NCBI GenBank assembly: GCA_963750165.1
Contig: CAVVPN010000012.1
Coordinates: forward strand, 736,001-800,000
Origin: an uncultured Gemmataceae bacterium
GTDB lineage: Bacteria > Planctomycetota > Planctomycetia > Gemmatales > Gemmataceae
Direction: 5' to 3'
DNA length: 64,000 nt
Below, one piece after another: positions 10,072-20,388 of this stretch. The notes below the pieces were generated by a model. The model was not told where the DNA came from. It searched no databases and saw nothing but the letters and a program-made list of their open reading frames with translations. The position numbers and the translations under genes are program-made. Numbering within the stretch: the first letter of the stretch is position 1; each line of letters begins with the position of its first letter.

Positions 10072-11115
10072 ATGACACCGCGACCGCAGGCCCGGCCCCG
10101 CTGGGCGTTCACGCTGATCGAACTGCTCGTCGTGATCGCCATCATCGGCATTCTGATCGGTCTGCTGCTGCCCGCGGTGCAGAAGGTCCGTGCGGCGGCC
10201 GCCGTCTCCCAGTGCCAGAACAATCTCAAACAGATCGGCGTGGCCCTGCACAACTACTACAGTTCCTACAAGTATTTTCCGCCCGGCTACGTCGATGGCA
10301 ACACGGATCCCAACAGCACTCCCGACAATGACGTGGGGCCGGGCTGGGGCTGGGCGGCCTACCTGCTGCCCTACCTCGAACAGAACAACGTGTACAACCA
10401 GATCAATTTCCAGCAGACGGTGGGGACCGGCGTCAACGCTCAGGTTTCCCTGACTGCGCTGCCGGTTTTTCAGTGTCCCTCGGATCCGTACCAGGATGCT
10501 GTCCCCATCTACGACAGTAATTTCACCAATCCGATTGCCGTGGTAGCGCACGGCAACTATGTCGGCTGCAACGGCTGGGAGGAATGCTTTAACGGTGCTG
10601 GCGGCAACCCACAACCCGGGGGCGGGGCCGACGGCCTGACCGGCCAGTACGGCATCGCCGGACGTGGGGTGTTTTATCGTAACAGCCGCACGATTGTCGT
10701 CGCCGTCCGTGACGGCCTGAGCAACACCATTTTCGTGGGCGAGCGCTCCGCCAACCACTCCCCCAGCACCTGGACCGGTGCCGTGCCCGGCGGACGCTGT
10801 CCCGCCTGGATGGCAACGCCAGCCTTCACCGCTCCCAACACGCCGCCGGGCCAGGCACCCACGGGGCCCAACGGGTCGGCCTACGACAATGCGGATTTCG
10901 GCGAGGCACTCGTGTTCGCCCACGCCAACGCCACGCACCTGCCCAACGCCGACCAGCCGTTCTACGACCCCGATACGTTCTACAGCATGCACTCGGGCGG
11001 CGCGAACTTCCTGCTCGGCGACGGCTCGGTGCGGTTCATCAGCAGCGGCGTCAACCCGACCACCTATCAAGCCCTGGGCACCATTGCCGGCGGCGAGGTG
11101 CTCGGCGATTTCTGA
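10072..11115 (+). CDS. DUF1559 prepilin-type N-terminal cleavage/methylation protein with H-X9-DG motif
   Basis: AFTLIELLVVIAII..LLPAVQKVR..CQNNLKQIG.ALHNY; DGLSNT; HSGGANFLLGDGSV. Confidence 0.95.
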   Translation: MTPRPQARPRWAFTLIELLVVIAIIGILIGLLLPAVQKVRAAAAVSQCQNNLKQIGVALHNYYSSYKYFPPGYVDGNTDPNSTPDNDVGPGWGWAAYLLPYLEQNNVYNQINFQQTVGTGVNAQVSLTALPVFQCPSDPYQDAVPIYDSNFTNPIAVVAHGNYVGCNGWEECFNGAGGNPQPGGGADGLTGQYGIAGRGVFYRNSRTIVVAVRDGLSNTIFVGERSANHSPSTWTGAVPGGRCPAWMATPAFTAPNTPPGQAPTGPNGSAYDNADFGEALVFAHANATHLPNADQPFYDPDTFYSMHSGGANFLLGDGSVRFISSGVNPTTYQALGTIAGGEVLGDF

Positions 11116-11145
11116 CCGCCCGCTTCCGAACGGAGGACATGAGCC

Positions 11146-11541
11146 ATGCGTCATCCAGCACGCTTCGTGGTGTTGCTGTGCTTGCTCGCGGCCGGCTGTG
11201 GCCGGGAGAAAACGACCGAGGAGTTGATCGCGGACCTGAAGTCGCCCGAGGAGAAGGATCGTGTCATCGCGGTTCGTACCCTGGCGCGGCGCCAGGCGGA
11301 CACGGCCCAGACCGTGCCAGCGCTGATCGGTGCCCTCAAGGACACGGAGAGCGACATCCGCTGGAGCGCCGCCATCGGGCTCGGCAGCCTGGGTGAAAGT
11401 GCGCAGGAAGCCATCCCCGCGCTCCAGGCCGCGCAGAGCGACCGTGATGCGCGGGTGCGCGAGGCGGCCGGCGTCGCCCTGTCGCGCATCGATCCGACCC
11501 GCTTCACCGCCCCGTCCAGGAAGCCACGCAAGGGGAAGTGA
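11146..11541 (+). CDS. HEAT-repeat lipoprotein
   Basis: Lipobox LAAGC; VPALIGALKD..IRWSAAIGLG and VREAAGVAL repeats. Confidence 0.85.
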   Translation: MRHPARFVVLLCLLAAGCGREKTTEELIADLKSPEEKDRVIAVRTLARRQADTAQTVPALIGALKDTESDIRWSAAIGLGSLGESAQEAIPALQAAQSDRDARVREAAGVALSRIDPTRFTAPSRKPRKGK

Positions 11542-11567
11542 GCGCGCGGGGATCGGTCCCACGAACT

Positions 11568-11608
11568 GAAGAAAACCCTGACGCCGCTCCGCGCGCAGGG
11601 TTTTCTTC
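11568..11608. terminator. Probable bidirectional intrinsic terminator
   Basis: 13-bp stem GAAGAAAACCCTG...CAGGGTTTTCTTC between convergent genes. Confidence 0.65.
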
Positions 11609-11703
11609 GTGACGTGGGGCATGCCTGCCCCAGTGGCCTCACAGATGAGTTCGGTAACGAAGGCCAATTCCGCACCCTTCCCGGGCTTGTCGTTACGGTA
11701 GAA

Positions 11704-12150
11704 CTACGAGCCAGCGACCAACTTCATAATGGCGTTAAGCAAATACTCTGGCACCGCCCTGCTGTTCACCCGCGACAACTCACGTACAAGATCCGCCGCC
11801 AGGGGTTCCTGTCTCTTCTGGTACAGATTCATAAACAGCGCGCACTTCTCCGATCGGACCCCATCTGCAACCGCGAAAAACCCTTTGCTTCCGGAAAACA
11901 CCCAATCGTGCGCACGATCCTGCCCCACAATACTCTGCAACCATCTGGACACATCATTCTCTTCGAGGCGTTGATGGAGGTGAAAACCAAACGCTTGATA
12001 CACCATCTTTTTCTTGCAGGTATTCGCGCACTCATACTCCAACCTGCGCATGGCGAAACAAAACACGAGCAGCGCCGCCAGAGCGACAGGAACGAGTAGC
12101 CACCAGGGACTCAAGGTGATCCTTTCCTTATCGCTACGGTGCGCAATCAC
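11704..12150 (-). CDS. Putative immunity protein for the RHS toxin (N-terminal TM)
   Basis: Small ORF directly downstream of the RHS stop, visibly lower GC, hydrophobic WWLLVPVALAALLVFCF; start uncertain. Confidence 0.55.
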   Translation of the reverse strand: MIAHRSDKERITLSPWWLLVPVALAALLVFCFAMRRLEYECANTCKKKMVYQAFGFHLHQRLEENDVSRWLQSIVGQDRAHDWVFSGSKGFFAVADGVRSEKCALFMNLYQKRQEPLAADLVRELSRVNSRAVPEYLLNAIMKLVAGS

Positions 12151-12235
12151 GAATTGACTTGAGCCCGAGGCGCCAGTGCGGGGGCCCGCGCTGCGCACTC
12201 GGGCTCAAACAAGAACCGCCCACCAGGGCCAGGAG

Positions 12236-15200
12236 CTACCAGGCTTCGTCTCCCGTGGAGTCGGCGGGGTGCAAAACGGTCTGCTGGCCGTTCGGCGCAA
12301 CGTCAACAACGGCGCCGTAGGCCTTCCAGAGATCCCGGATTCCGAAGAAGGTGATGTTCCTTCGTTCAAAGTTGCCGTTCTGGACGCCGCGGACATTGCA
12401 CCCCGTCGCGGCCGCGATGGTGGCGAGCGTCTGGCCATCGGCACTGCCGCAGGCCATGACGTTGATCACGCACGGCCGGCACATGATGCCGGCGAGAATG
12501 GTCCCGAACCGCTGGGCATTGGCCTGGGAGATCGTCTCCTGTCCCGCCTGCGGCGTGCCGTCGTATCGGCTGAAGCGGAAACCACCCTGACCCGCAAAGC
12601 CACCGTGGGCACTGATCGTCAGCTTGTTCACACACTGGCACTGCCCGACATTGGCGCGCAGCGTGTTAATCATGTGCTCCACATTCCGGACCCCGAACAC
12701 GTCTCCCGCGTTCTTCAAGGCATGGGCAAAGCTTTTTCGGCTGGATTCCAGATCGGCGTACATCATGAAATCCTTTTGCTGGCAGGAGCAGCAACAGTTG
12801 AGCGTCGCATGCATCCGGGCCGCACCGAAGGTGCCCTCATTGCCCTGGCACCAGTTGCAGGTCCGCGGCAGCGGTTGGATGGCGGCCAACCCGCCGGGCT
12901 GCGGGGGAGGAAGCTTGGTGCGAGTTTCGCCAAGCGGATCGACATAGAACGTCGGTTGCCCCTCCTCGAACCGATACAGGTTGTCGTCGCCCGCCGAGAA
13001 GCCGGCCGGATCCTGCTGCAGAAAGCGCCCCAGCGTCGGCGAGTAATCGCGGTTGCGCGAGTAATAGAGTTCGCTGGTCGTGTCATACCGCAATCCCTGG
13101 AACAAATAATTCCACGAGTAGGTATCGCTGCCCGCGCCCCAGCTGGCAGTCAGGACCGTGACACTGCCATAGGGATCGTAGACGAAGCGCTCGACCACGG
13201 TGCCCGAAGTGTCTACCAGGGCCGTGACGTTGCCGTTGGCATCCTGCTGGGCGTATAGCCGCAACGTGAGAACGCCGCTGCCGTTGGGGTTGCTGTCGCG
13301 CTCCACCAGCGTGTCACTGCTCAGCGGGGACCACACGTATTGCGTGCTGGCAGTGCTGCTGCCCGCGGTGCGCTCTTCGATCACCTGCCAATCGCTGTTG
13401 TAGAACAGGTCCACCGTCGTGCCGGTGGTTTGGGTGACCCGACGGTTGATGGCGTCGTAACTGTAGGATTCCAGCGTGGTGCTGCCATTCTTGACGGCCA
13501 CCAGCCGGTCCCAGGCGTCGTAAACGTAGGTGTTGCCGTTGGGATCGGCGGTCAGGTTGCCGTTGTTGTCGTAGGCCGGTGGCGTCTGCCCCGCGACCGA
13601 CTGATATTCGTTCTGCGCGTTGGTGGTGCGCGCCTGCGGCACGCCATTCACGGTCACGCTGGTCCAGTTGCCCAGGGCGTCATAAGTCCAGGTCTCCGTC
13701 TCGCTGCCCCGCGTGAAGGCCGTGAGCTGGTTGCGGTCGTCGTAGGTGTATTGCTCATTGAGGGCGGAGTTCAGCACGTTGTTCTTGCTGAGGATGTTGC
13801 CGTCCTGGTCTTCGACATACAGAAAGTCATCCGTGGCGCTACTGGTGCTTGTGTCGTACCAGAGTGCTTCGACAACCCGGCCGAAGCGATCCAGTCCGGT
13901 GTACTGGTCGCCGGCGTCTCCCGTTGCCCCCGTGGGACTGATATAGGTCAGATTGACGTTGGTTTGCGGGTGGGCGCGCTCGACCACGGTATCGAGGCCC
14001 AGATACGTGTAGGCTTCCAGCACGCCCGTGTTGTCGGAGATCGAACTGAGCCGGCTAATGTCGTTGTCGAGGCCGGCGTCGTAGTTGTAAGTGACCACGC
14101 GGCCGTTGGGGTAAGTCATGCTCGTCAAGCGGCTGTTGTTTTGCCCGCCGGCCAAATCAGTGTAGGTGTACTGCACCACCGGCGTCGTGCCGACGACCAC
14201 GGGGCCGGACGGAGACTGATACTCACTGGTGAGTTGGCTCAGGCCGTTGTAGACGTCCTCCACCTGGTTGACGATCGTGGTGCCGGCCGGGTCGGCGTAG
14301 CTGGTGTAGAGGTATGGATTGCCCTGGCTATCGTAGGCCGTGTCGATGCGGCGGATCGAACCATCCACATTGCTGCCCAGCGTGGTCACGGCGTCCGAGG
14401 TCTGCCGACCGAGCACGTCATAGGTGAACTGGTGCGTCGTGCCGTTGCGGTCGGTCAGACCGGTCATCTGGCCGATGGCGTTATACGTGTAGGTGGTCTG
14501 CTGACTCGGACTGCTGCTGGGCAGGCCGGTCGTGGGGTCGGGGTATTCCGTGGTGGCCAGCAGGTCGTTGGAGTTGATGGCACTGCCGCCGGTCGTGGTC
14601 ACGCCGTAGACGTACTGGGTCGTCTGCGACGGCGTGCCGGCCGGCTGCACGGCCGTCACGGTCAGCCTGTGGTTGTCGCCGTCGTAGGTGTAGGCCGTCG
14701 TGTAGTTGCTCGAAGTGGTCGGCACGCCGTTGGTGTAGTCATCGATGGATTCGACGATGCGGCCCATCCCGTCGTAGAGTGTCCGGTAGTCGATGCCGCG
14801 CGGATCGATCACATCCTGGAGCCAACCGGCGGCGTCGTAGAAATCCTGGGTCTCCAGCACGATGTTGGAAGGGGTGGGCGGTGTGCTGGGCCGGGTATAG
14901 GCAGTACCGCCGTTGGTACCAACATCGGCGGAAGCAATCGCGCGGTCGGCGGCGTCGTAATAGAACACCGAGTAGTAGTCCCGCGCCTGGGCGCGGTGGT
15001 GCTGGTGGGATCACCCAGCGCCCCGGTCCCGGTGGCATTGTTGAAGCGCTGCCGATCAATGGTCTCGATCACGTTGTTGTCGGCATCGTAAATCGTCTGC
15101 GTCTGCTCCAGCACCACGTCGTTGGCCACGCTTGACGCGCCAGCGTAGGTGGTGCCGCTGCCGCCGTCGGTGGTGTACTCCGTCACCTGCCGCCCGGCCC

Positions 15201-18200
15201 CGTCGTAGGCGTCCTTGGACCAGAGACCACCCGGATCGCTCTCGGCGATCTGGTCGCCGCGGTGGTCGTAGTAGAAGTTGGTTGTCAGTCCCGTGCTCGA
15301 CACGGTCCCCGTCATCGGGTTCACGTCGTAGGTGTCCGTTTGATAGACGCGGCCCTGGTCGTCGTACCCGGTGGTATTGTAAACCCGCAGCAGGTCGGCG
15401 GCGGGCGGCTGCGGCACACCGTCGGTCGTCTGGATGGTCACGCCGTCGCCGTCGTACTGGCTATAGGTGGTCACTTCGCCGAGGTTGTCGTAGGTGGAGT
15501 AGTAAATCGGCCGGTTGGTCCCGTCGTATTCATTGGCGGGGTTACTGAGCACACCGTCCTTCTCGGCCACCTGGCGATCGCGCCAGTCGAAGTAATACTG
15601 CGTGACGCGCGGGGCGGCCCCGCCGCCGGGATAGTCGGTTTCCTGGGTGAGGTTGCTGTCCCCGACCCCGCCGCCGTCGTAGACGTAAGCGCTGATTTCG
15701 ACCATGTTGGATGGACTGGTGTTGTTGGTCGGCGACCAGAAGCCGCTGCCCGGCGTGTCGTCGGTGCCCTCCCAGGTGCTCACCAACCGACCCAGGCCGT
15801 CGTAGACATCGCGCGTGATGGTGCCGTTCGGGTCCTCCGTCCGCTCCAGACGGCCGCGGTGGTCGTAGCTGTACTGCGTCGTGTAGTAGTTCGTGTTCTG
15901 CGCGCCGAGGTAGGGAGTCGTTGAGTACGTCAGGCCGCTCAGGTTGAAGTAGGAGTCTTCTCGCACGTCCTGGCCGGCCGCGTTGGTGTAGTTGCGCTCC
16001 AGGGTTTGCACGTCGGTGATTGGCTCGGTGCCATCCGGCACACCGCCCGTCAGGTGGGGCGCCGCCGACATCGTCAGCATCTCGGTGTAGCTGTTCGCCA
16101 GGTCCACGCGGTAGACCTGAGTCGGTCCGGTGGGCATGCCGGTGGCGGCGTTCCAGCCGGGATAAATCCGGGACTCGTGGTCGGGATCGTCATAGACCGT
16201 GTAGGTGACGTTGCCGTTGGGCGTGGTTTGCTCGATGACCCGGCCCAGACTGTCCACCTGATAGGTCGTGACCAGGTTCAGGCCGCCGCCTGGCGGTGTG
16301 CTCCAGCCAGCGGGAAGGTTGCTGAAGTCACTGGGGTTGGCGGTGTTCACGTCGGCGATGGTCTCGATCACGGCGCCGGTGCCGGTGTCGTAGGCCGCGT
16401 AGCTGAGGTAGCCATCGCCATCCCGGTTCCAGATGGCCCGGCCCTCGGCGTCGTACACGGTCGTGCTCACGTCCGCGGCGCCTGGGCCGTTCTGCGCCGC
16501 CGAAATGGTCGGCAGCGACGTGGTCATCGACTGCACCTGGGTGGTGCCGGGGTAATAGGTGTAAATGTAGGTGGTGGTTTCGGCGCCGGTGCCGTTGTCA
16601 TAGCGGTAGCCGGTGCTGGTCGCCTCGGGGTGGACGGTGCTGCCGTTGGCCGTGTGCGTGTAATATTGATACGTCGTCTGCGGGATCAGCGTGCCCTGCT
16701 GCCCCTGCTGCAACTGGGAATCGAACTGATAGCCGGTGACGCCGCCCGGGTCCGTCTCGGTGGCAGTGTTGCCGGTGTAGTAGTCGTAGCGCGTGATCAG
16801 ACCGCTGTCGTTGCTCAGGTACTGGTAGTTACCGCCCTGGTTGTTCAGCAGGTCGGGGTAGCTGTCATCGTAGCCGGTCACCGCCGAGGGGTTGGCCATC
16901 TCCGTGACCCGGCCCTGGCCGTCGTACTGGTAGAACGTTGGCCAGGACTGGTTGGTGGTGGTGTCGTGGTAGACGCTGAGCATCACCTCGCCGTAGGCGT
17001 TGGTGTAGACGTAATTCTGGTTGCCATCGGGCAGCGTCTCGGTTGTCTCCGTGTTCCAGCTGTTGAAGCCGGCCGGGTTGCCGCTCGCCGTGTAGGTGTA
17101 GGTGTACGTGCCCAGGCCGCCGCTGCACGACGAACAGCCATCCCCCTGGATCACCGCCTCGGTGACGCGCTGCTGGCTGTCGTACTGGAAGTACGTCGAG
17201 GCGTAGGGCGCCACCTGAGCATCGGTGGCCGTGAAGGGATCGCCAACCGCGGTCTCCAGGCGGGCGAACGATTCCGTGTCGTAGGAGTATTTGAGACCGT
17301 GGACGTAGCCGATGCTGCCGGCGTCGGCGGCGGTGTAGTAGCGGTAGTAGGAGGTGTCGATGGGGTTGCCGCTGGCGTCCTCGGTGACGGCGGTCATCAG
17401 GTCGCCGGCGTTGCCGTAGGGCTGGCTGCCGTCGTAGTAGGTGTAGACCACCTGGCGCACCACCGTCTCCGGCCCGTTGTTGATCTGCCGTTCCAGGGTG
17501 ACGTCCTGCAGCAGCCCGGCGTTGACGCCGCTGGACACGTAGTCGTAGACGTACGACTCAGTAACGGTGTTGCCGCCGGACATGGCGCTGCGCTGCACGC
17601 GCGTGGTCTGGCCGTCGGCGTTGCGGCCGGTGACCGAAGTCACATCGCCGCCCGGGTCGGTGTAACTGCTCAGTTGCCCCTGCTGTCCCGACGCCACGCC
17701 GACGAAGCCAGAGAAGACCAGCACGTCGCCGAGTTCGTCGGTCAGATCGTACTGGTTGGTGGTGGGGTCGAAGGTAAGGGTGGACTCGTCGAAGTAGCGC
17801 GGCTGGTAGGCGCCGCCGACGAGGTCGTAGTAATAGGCGGTGGTGCCGTTGCTGACCTCGGCGAGGGTGGTGGGGCTGACCTGAATGAGGGAGGGCAGCT
17901 GGGTGTCCACGACGCCGTTGCCGTTACTGCTCTGGGAGGCGTAGCCGGGGCCGTTGGTCCAGGAGCGCGTCTGGCCCCAGGGCACGCCGTAGCCGGCGGA
18001 GGACAGGTCGGCGGTGGCCACCTGCACGACGCCATCGCCGTAGCGGACGCCGCTCGGCGACTGCTCCGAGGGCAGGTTGCCGCTGTTGCCGGCGGCGGCT
18101 TGCACGAGGGTGCCCGGCGCGTTGGTGCTGCCGCAGTTGCACCCGGGCCGGGGCTGGGGCACCACGGGGGGCGGGACCTGCTGGTTCATCTGCTGCATCG

Positions 18201-18839
18201 GGATGTTGACGGCATCGGAGATGCCGTCGAAGAGGCCGAGGTTCATCGACGAGAAGCTGAAAGTGCTGGGGAAGGTGGTGATGGTCAGGTCCGGCTGGTG
18301 GATGAGCAGACCGAGGGTGTTGCCGATGGTGTACGGGTTGTTGGGCCCGGCCGTCAGCTGGCCGCCGGTGATGGTCAGCTGAACCTCGAACTCGCCGGAC
18401 TGCGGCGAGAAGGCGTTGGCGAAGCCGAAGGCGGTCGGCTGGGCCGTCAGCAGGGTGCCGTCGTAATTCTGGGCGCCGAGGGCGACACTGCCGGTGACGC
18501 TGAAGCTGCCGCCGCTGCCGGTGTAGGTGCCAGCGTTGGTCAGGTTGAGGTCGAGGTTGGTGGTGGCGGAACTGCCGTCGGAGGGGTCATTGATGTAATT
18601 GACGGAGGTGTCGGGCATGGTGATCCACAACGGGATCGAGTCGTAGTGGAAGGGGTTGGCGTTGTTGTTCAGTTGTGTGTAGGACAGGTTGTTGACGATG
18701 CCGGAGGTGAGGTCCGGCGGCGTCCCCTGTTGTGCCAGCCCGAGCAGGGCGGGGACCGTGCGGTCCTCCAGCGCCTCGACCATCGGGACGAATCTCCGTG
18801 CCCACTTTTGGGCGCACGACGAGCGCGAGCGGTAACCAT
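12236..18839 (-). CDS. RHS/YD-repeat polymorphic toxin, ~2,200 aa (frameshifts near 14989 and probably 18808)
   Basis: ORFs 14809..19017 and 12236..14968 join at TAP/ARDYYSVFYYDAADR; many YD repeats; RHS core YYSRNRDYSPTLGRFLQQDP..G..NLYRF....P..YVDPLG; N-terminal RRFVPMVEALEDRTVP planctomycete motif. Confidence 0.9.
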
Positions 18840-18934
18840 GACCGTTCCCCCCACCGATGAAGGACTGCCAAGTGATCGACGCCAGCTCTTTCCGTCCGGT
18901 TGTTTTGACGGGGCGGCCCCATGCGGGCCCACTG

Positions 18935-19702
18935 CTAGACCGACTGCGCGAACCGGCGCCAGGGCAGCAATCGCCGCCAGAGCTGCGGCCGGCGCCAGCT
19001 GAGCAGCCCCAGACCACCAGTCAGCCACAGCGCCAGCGTGCCCGGCTCCGGCGTCAGCATGCCGAGCGTGGGCTTGACGCTGCTGGAGGAGAAGCTGCTA
19101 GTGAAATCGCCCAGGGTACCGCTGGTGACGTTCTCGGCGACGAGTTGGAAGCCGCCGAGTTGTCCCACGGAAAAACCCCCAAAGACGGAGTTGCCCTTCG
19201 AGTCGGTCATCGTCTGGGTCAGCGCTCCACCCGTGACGCTGAAGTAGCCGTCGAAGCTGAGCGAGGGCGGCCCGGCCATCTGCGCCCCGAAGTTGGTGAC
19301 GGTGCCGGTCAGCAGCGTGCCGCTGAAAGTGACTGGGGTCGCCCCGTCCTGGAGTTTACTCAGGGTGAGGGTGCCAGTGAGGCTGACCCCGGTGCCGTTG
19401 GCGACGAAATTCCCGTTGTGATCGACCGTCAGGTCGATGCTCAGGACGCCGGTAAACGTTGCGAAAAACGGGGCTTTGAGGATGAGCGGCGCGGTGTACT
19501 GGAGGCTGGCAGCCGACAGCGCGACTTTAAAGTCGCCGGTGGAGGCGGTATACGCGATACTGCCGTTGCTGCCTCCGACTTGCGGGCTGTTGGGGATGTA
19601 GTTGATCGGCAGCAGGCCGGCGCGGGCGGTCGCGGGGGACCAGAGCAGGACGCCGAGGACCAGGGCCAGGGCCCCGAGGCATCGGAAAGTACACACAGTC
19701 AC
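18935..19702 (-). CDS. PEP-CTERM sorting domain protein
   Basis: AGGAG RBS before GTG 19702; signal peptide ending ARA; C-terminal TPEPGTLALWLTGGLGLLSWRR. Confidence 0.85.
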   Translation of the reverse strand: MTVCTFRCLGALALVLGVLLWSPATARAGLLPINYIPNSPQVGGSNGSIAYTASTGDFKVALSAASLQYTAPLILKAPFFATFTGVLSIDLTVDHNGNFVANGTGVSLTGTLTLSKLQDGATPVTFSGTLLTGTVTNFGAQMAGPPSLSFDGYFSVTGGALTQTMTDSKGNSVFGGFSVGQLGGFQLVAENVTSGTLGDFTSSFSSSSVKPTLGMLTPEPGTLALWLTGGLGLLSWRRPQLWRRLLPWRRFAQSV

Positions 19703-20388
19703 AGGTGTTCTCCTAAAGAAACCCCACTCGGTGGCTGAACCATCCAGGCGGCGGTGGACGCACACCTTCCCCGAGTCCGGGCGGCCCGACGGGCGCGCAC
19801 AGCGGACGGGGAAGAGGGAACGTCAACGGGTTCGATTCAGTGGGACACCGCGGCTCAACAAAGGACCATGAGGGGCTGTTTCATAACGAAGGGGCAAGTG
19901 CCGAACCGACTGTGCGCAGCGGTTCCGGCGTCTGCGTTTTGCAACACACACTCAGGATCGATCCAAAGATCCCTTACCCTCAGGAAGGTTAATACTGGGG
20001 CACCGCGATTTCTTGGCATGATTCGGACAGGATGATAGGGCGCGTTCGTTGCACGATTGACACAGCACCCACTTGAGGTTGGCTGCTGTTTGGGTCAAGG
20101 TTCAACGACGCTCGTCAAGAATCGGCCATGCGGTCGCGGCACTGAGGCCGTGGCTGACATGACTGTTTCAAATTAGTTAGTTATCACAGGCATCGCCCGA
20201 TTACAAGAAGAAAAAACGAATTTTGCCATGTGGGTGCGGACTCGAACTCTGGTGCGGCCCGGGCGTAATGGACAAGGTGCCACGACCGCGCCGAGTCCGC
20301 GCGGCGTTTGCAAATCGCGGCGAATCGGGTACCGTAGACCGGGGTGAATGTCGATGTCCGCCGCAATCCAGTTCAACGGAGGTCGCTC

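Noticed and set aside
12236..18839. T6SS or Tc-toxin assignment for the RHS protein
   Set aside because: No PAAR, VgrG, EagR or SpvB/TcB features seen in the protein or window
19703..20388. Long intergenic region as a possible riboswitch or ncRNA
   Set aside because: No Rfam-like consensus recognisable by eye; needs an Infernal scan
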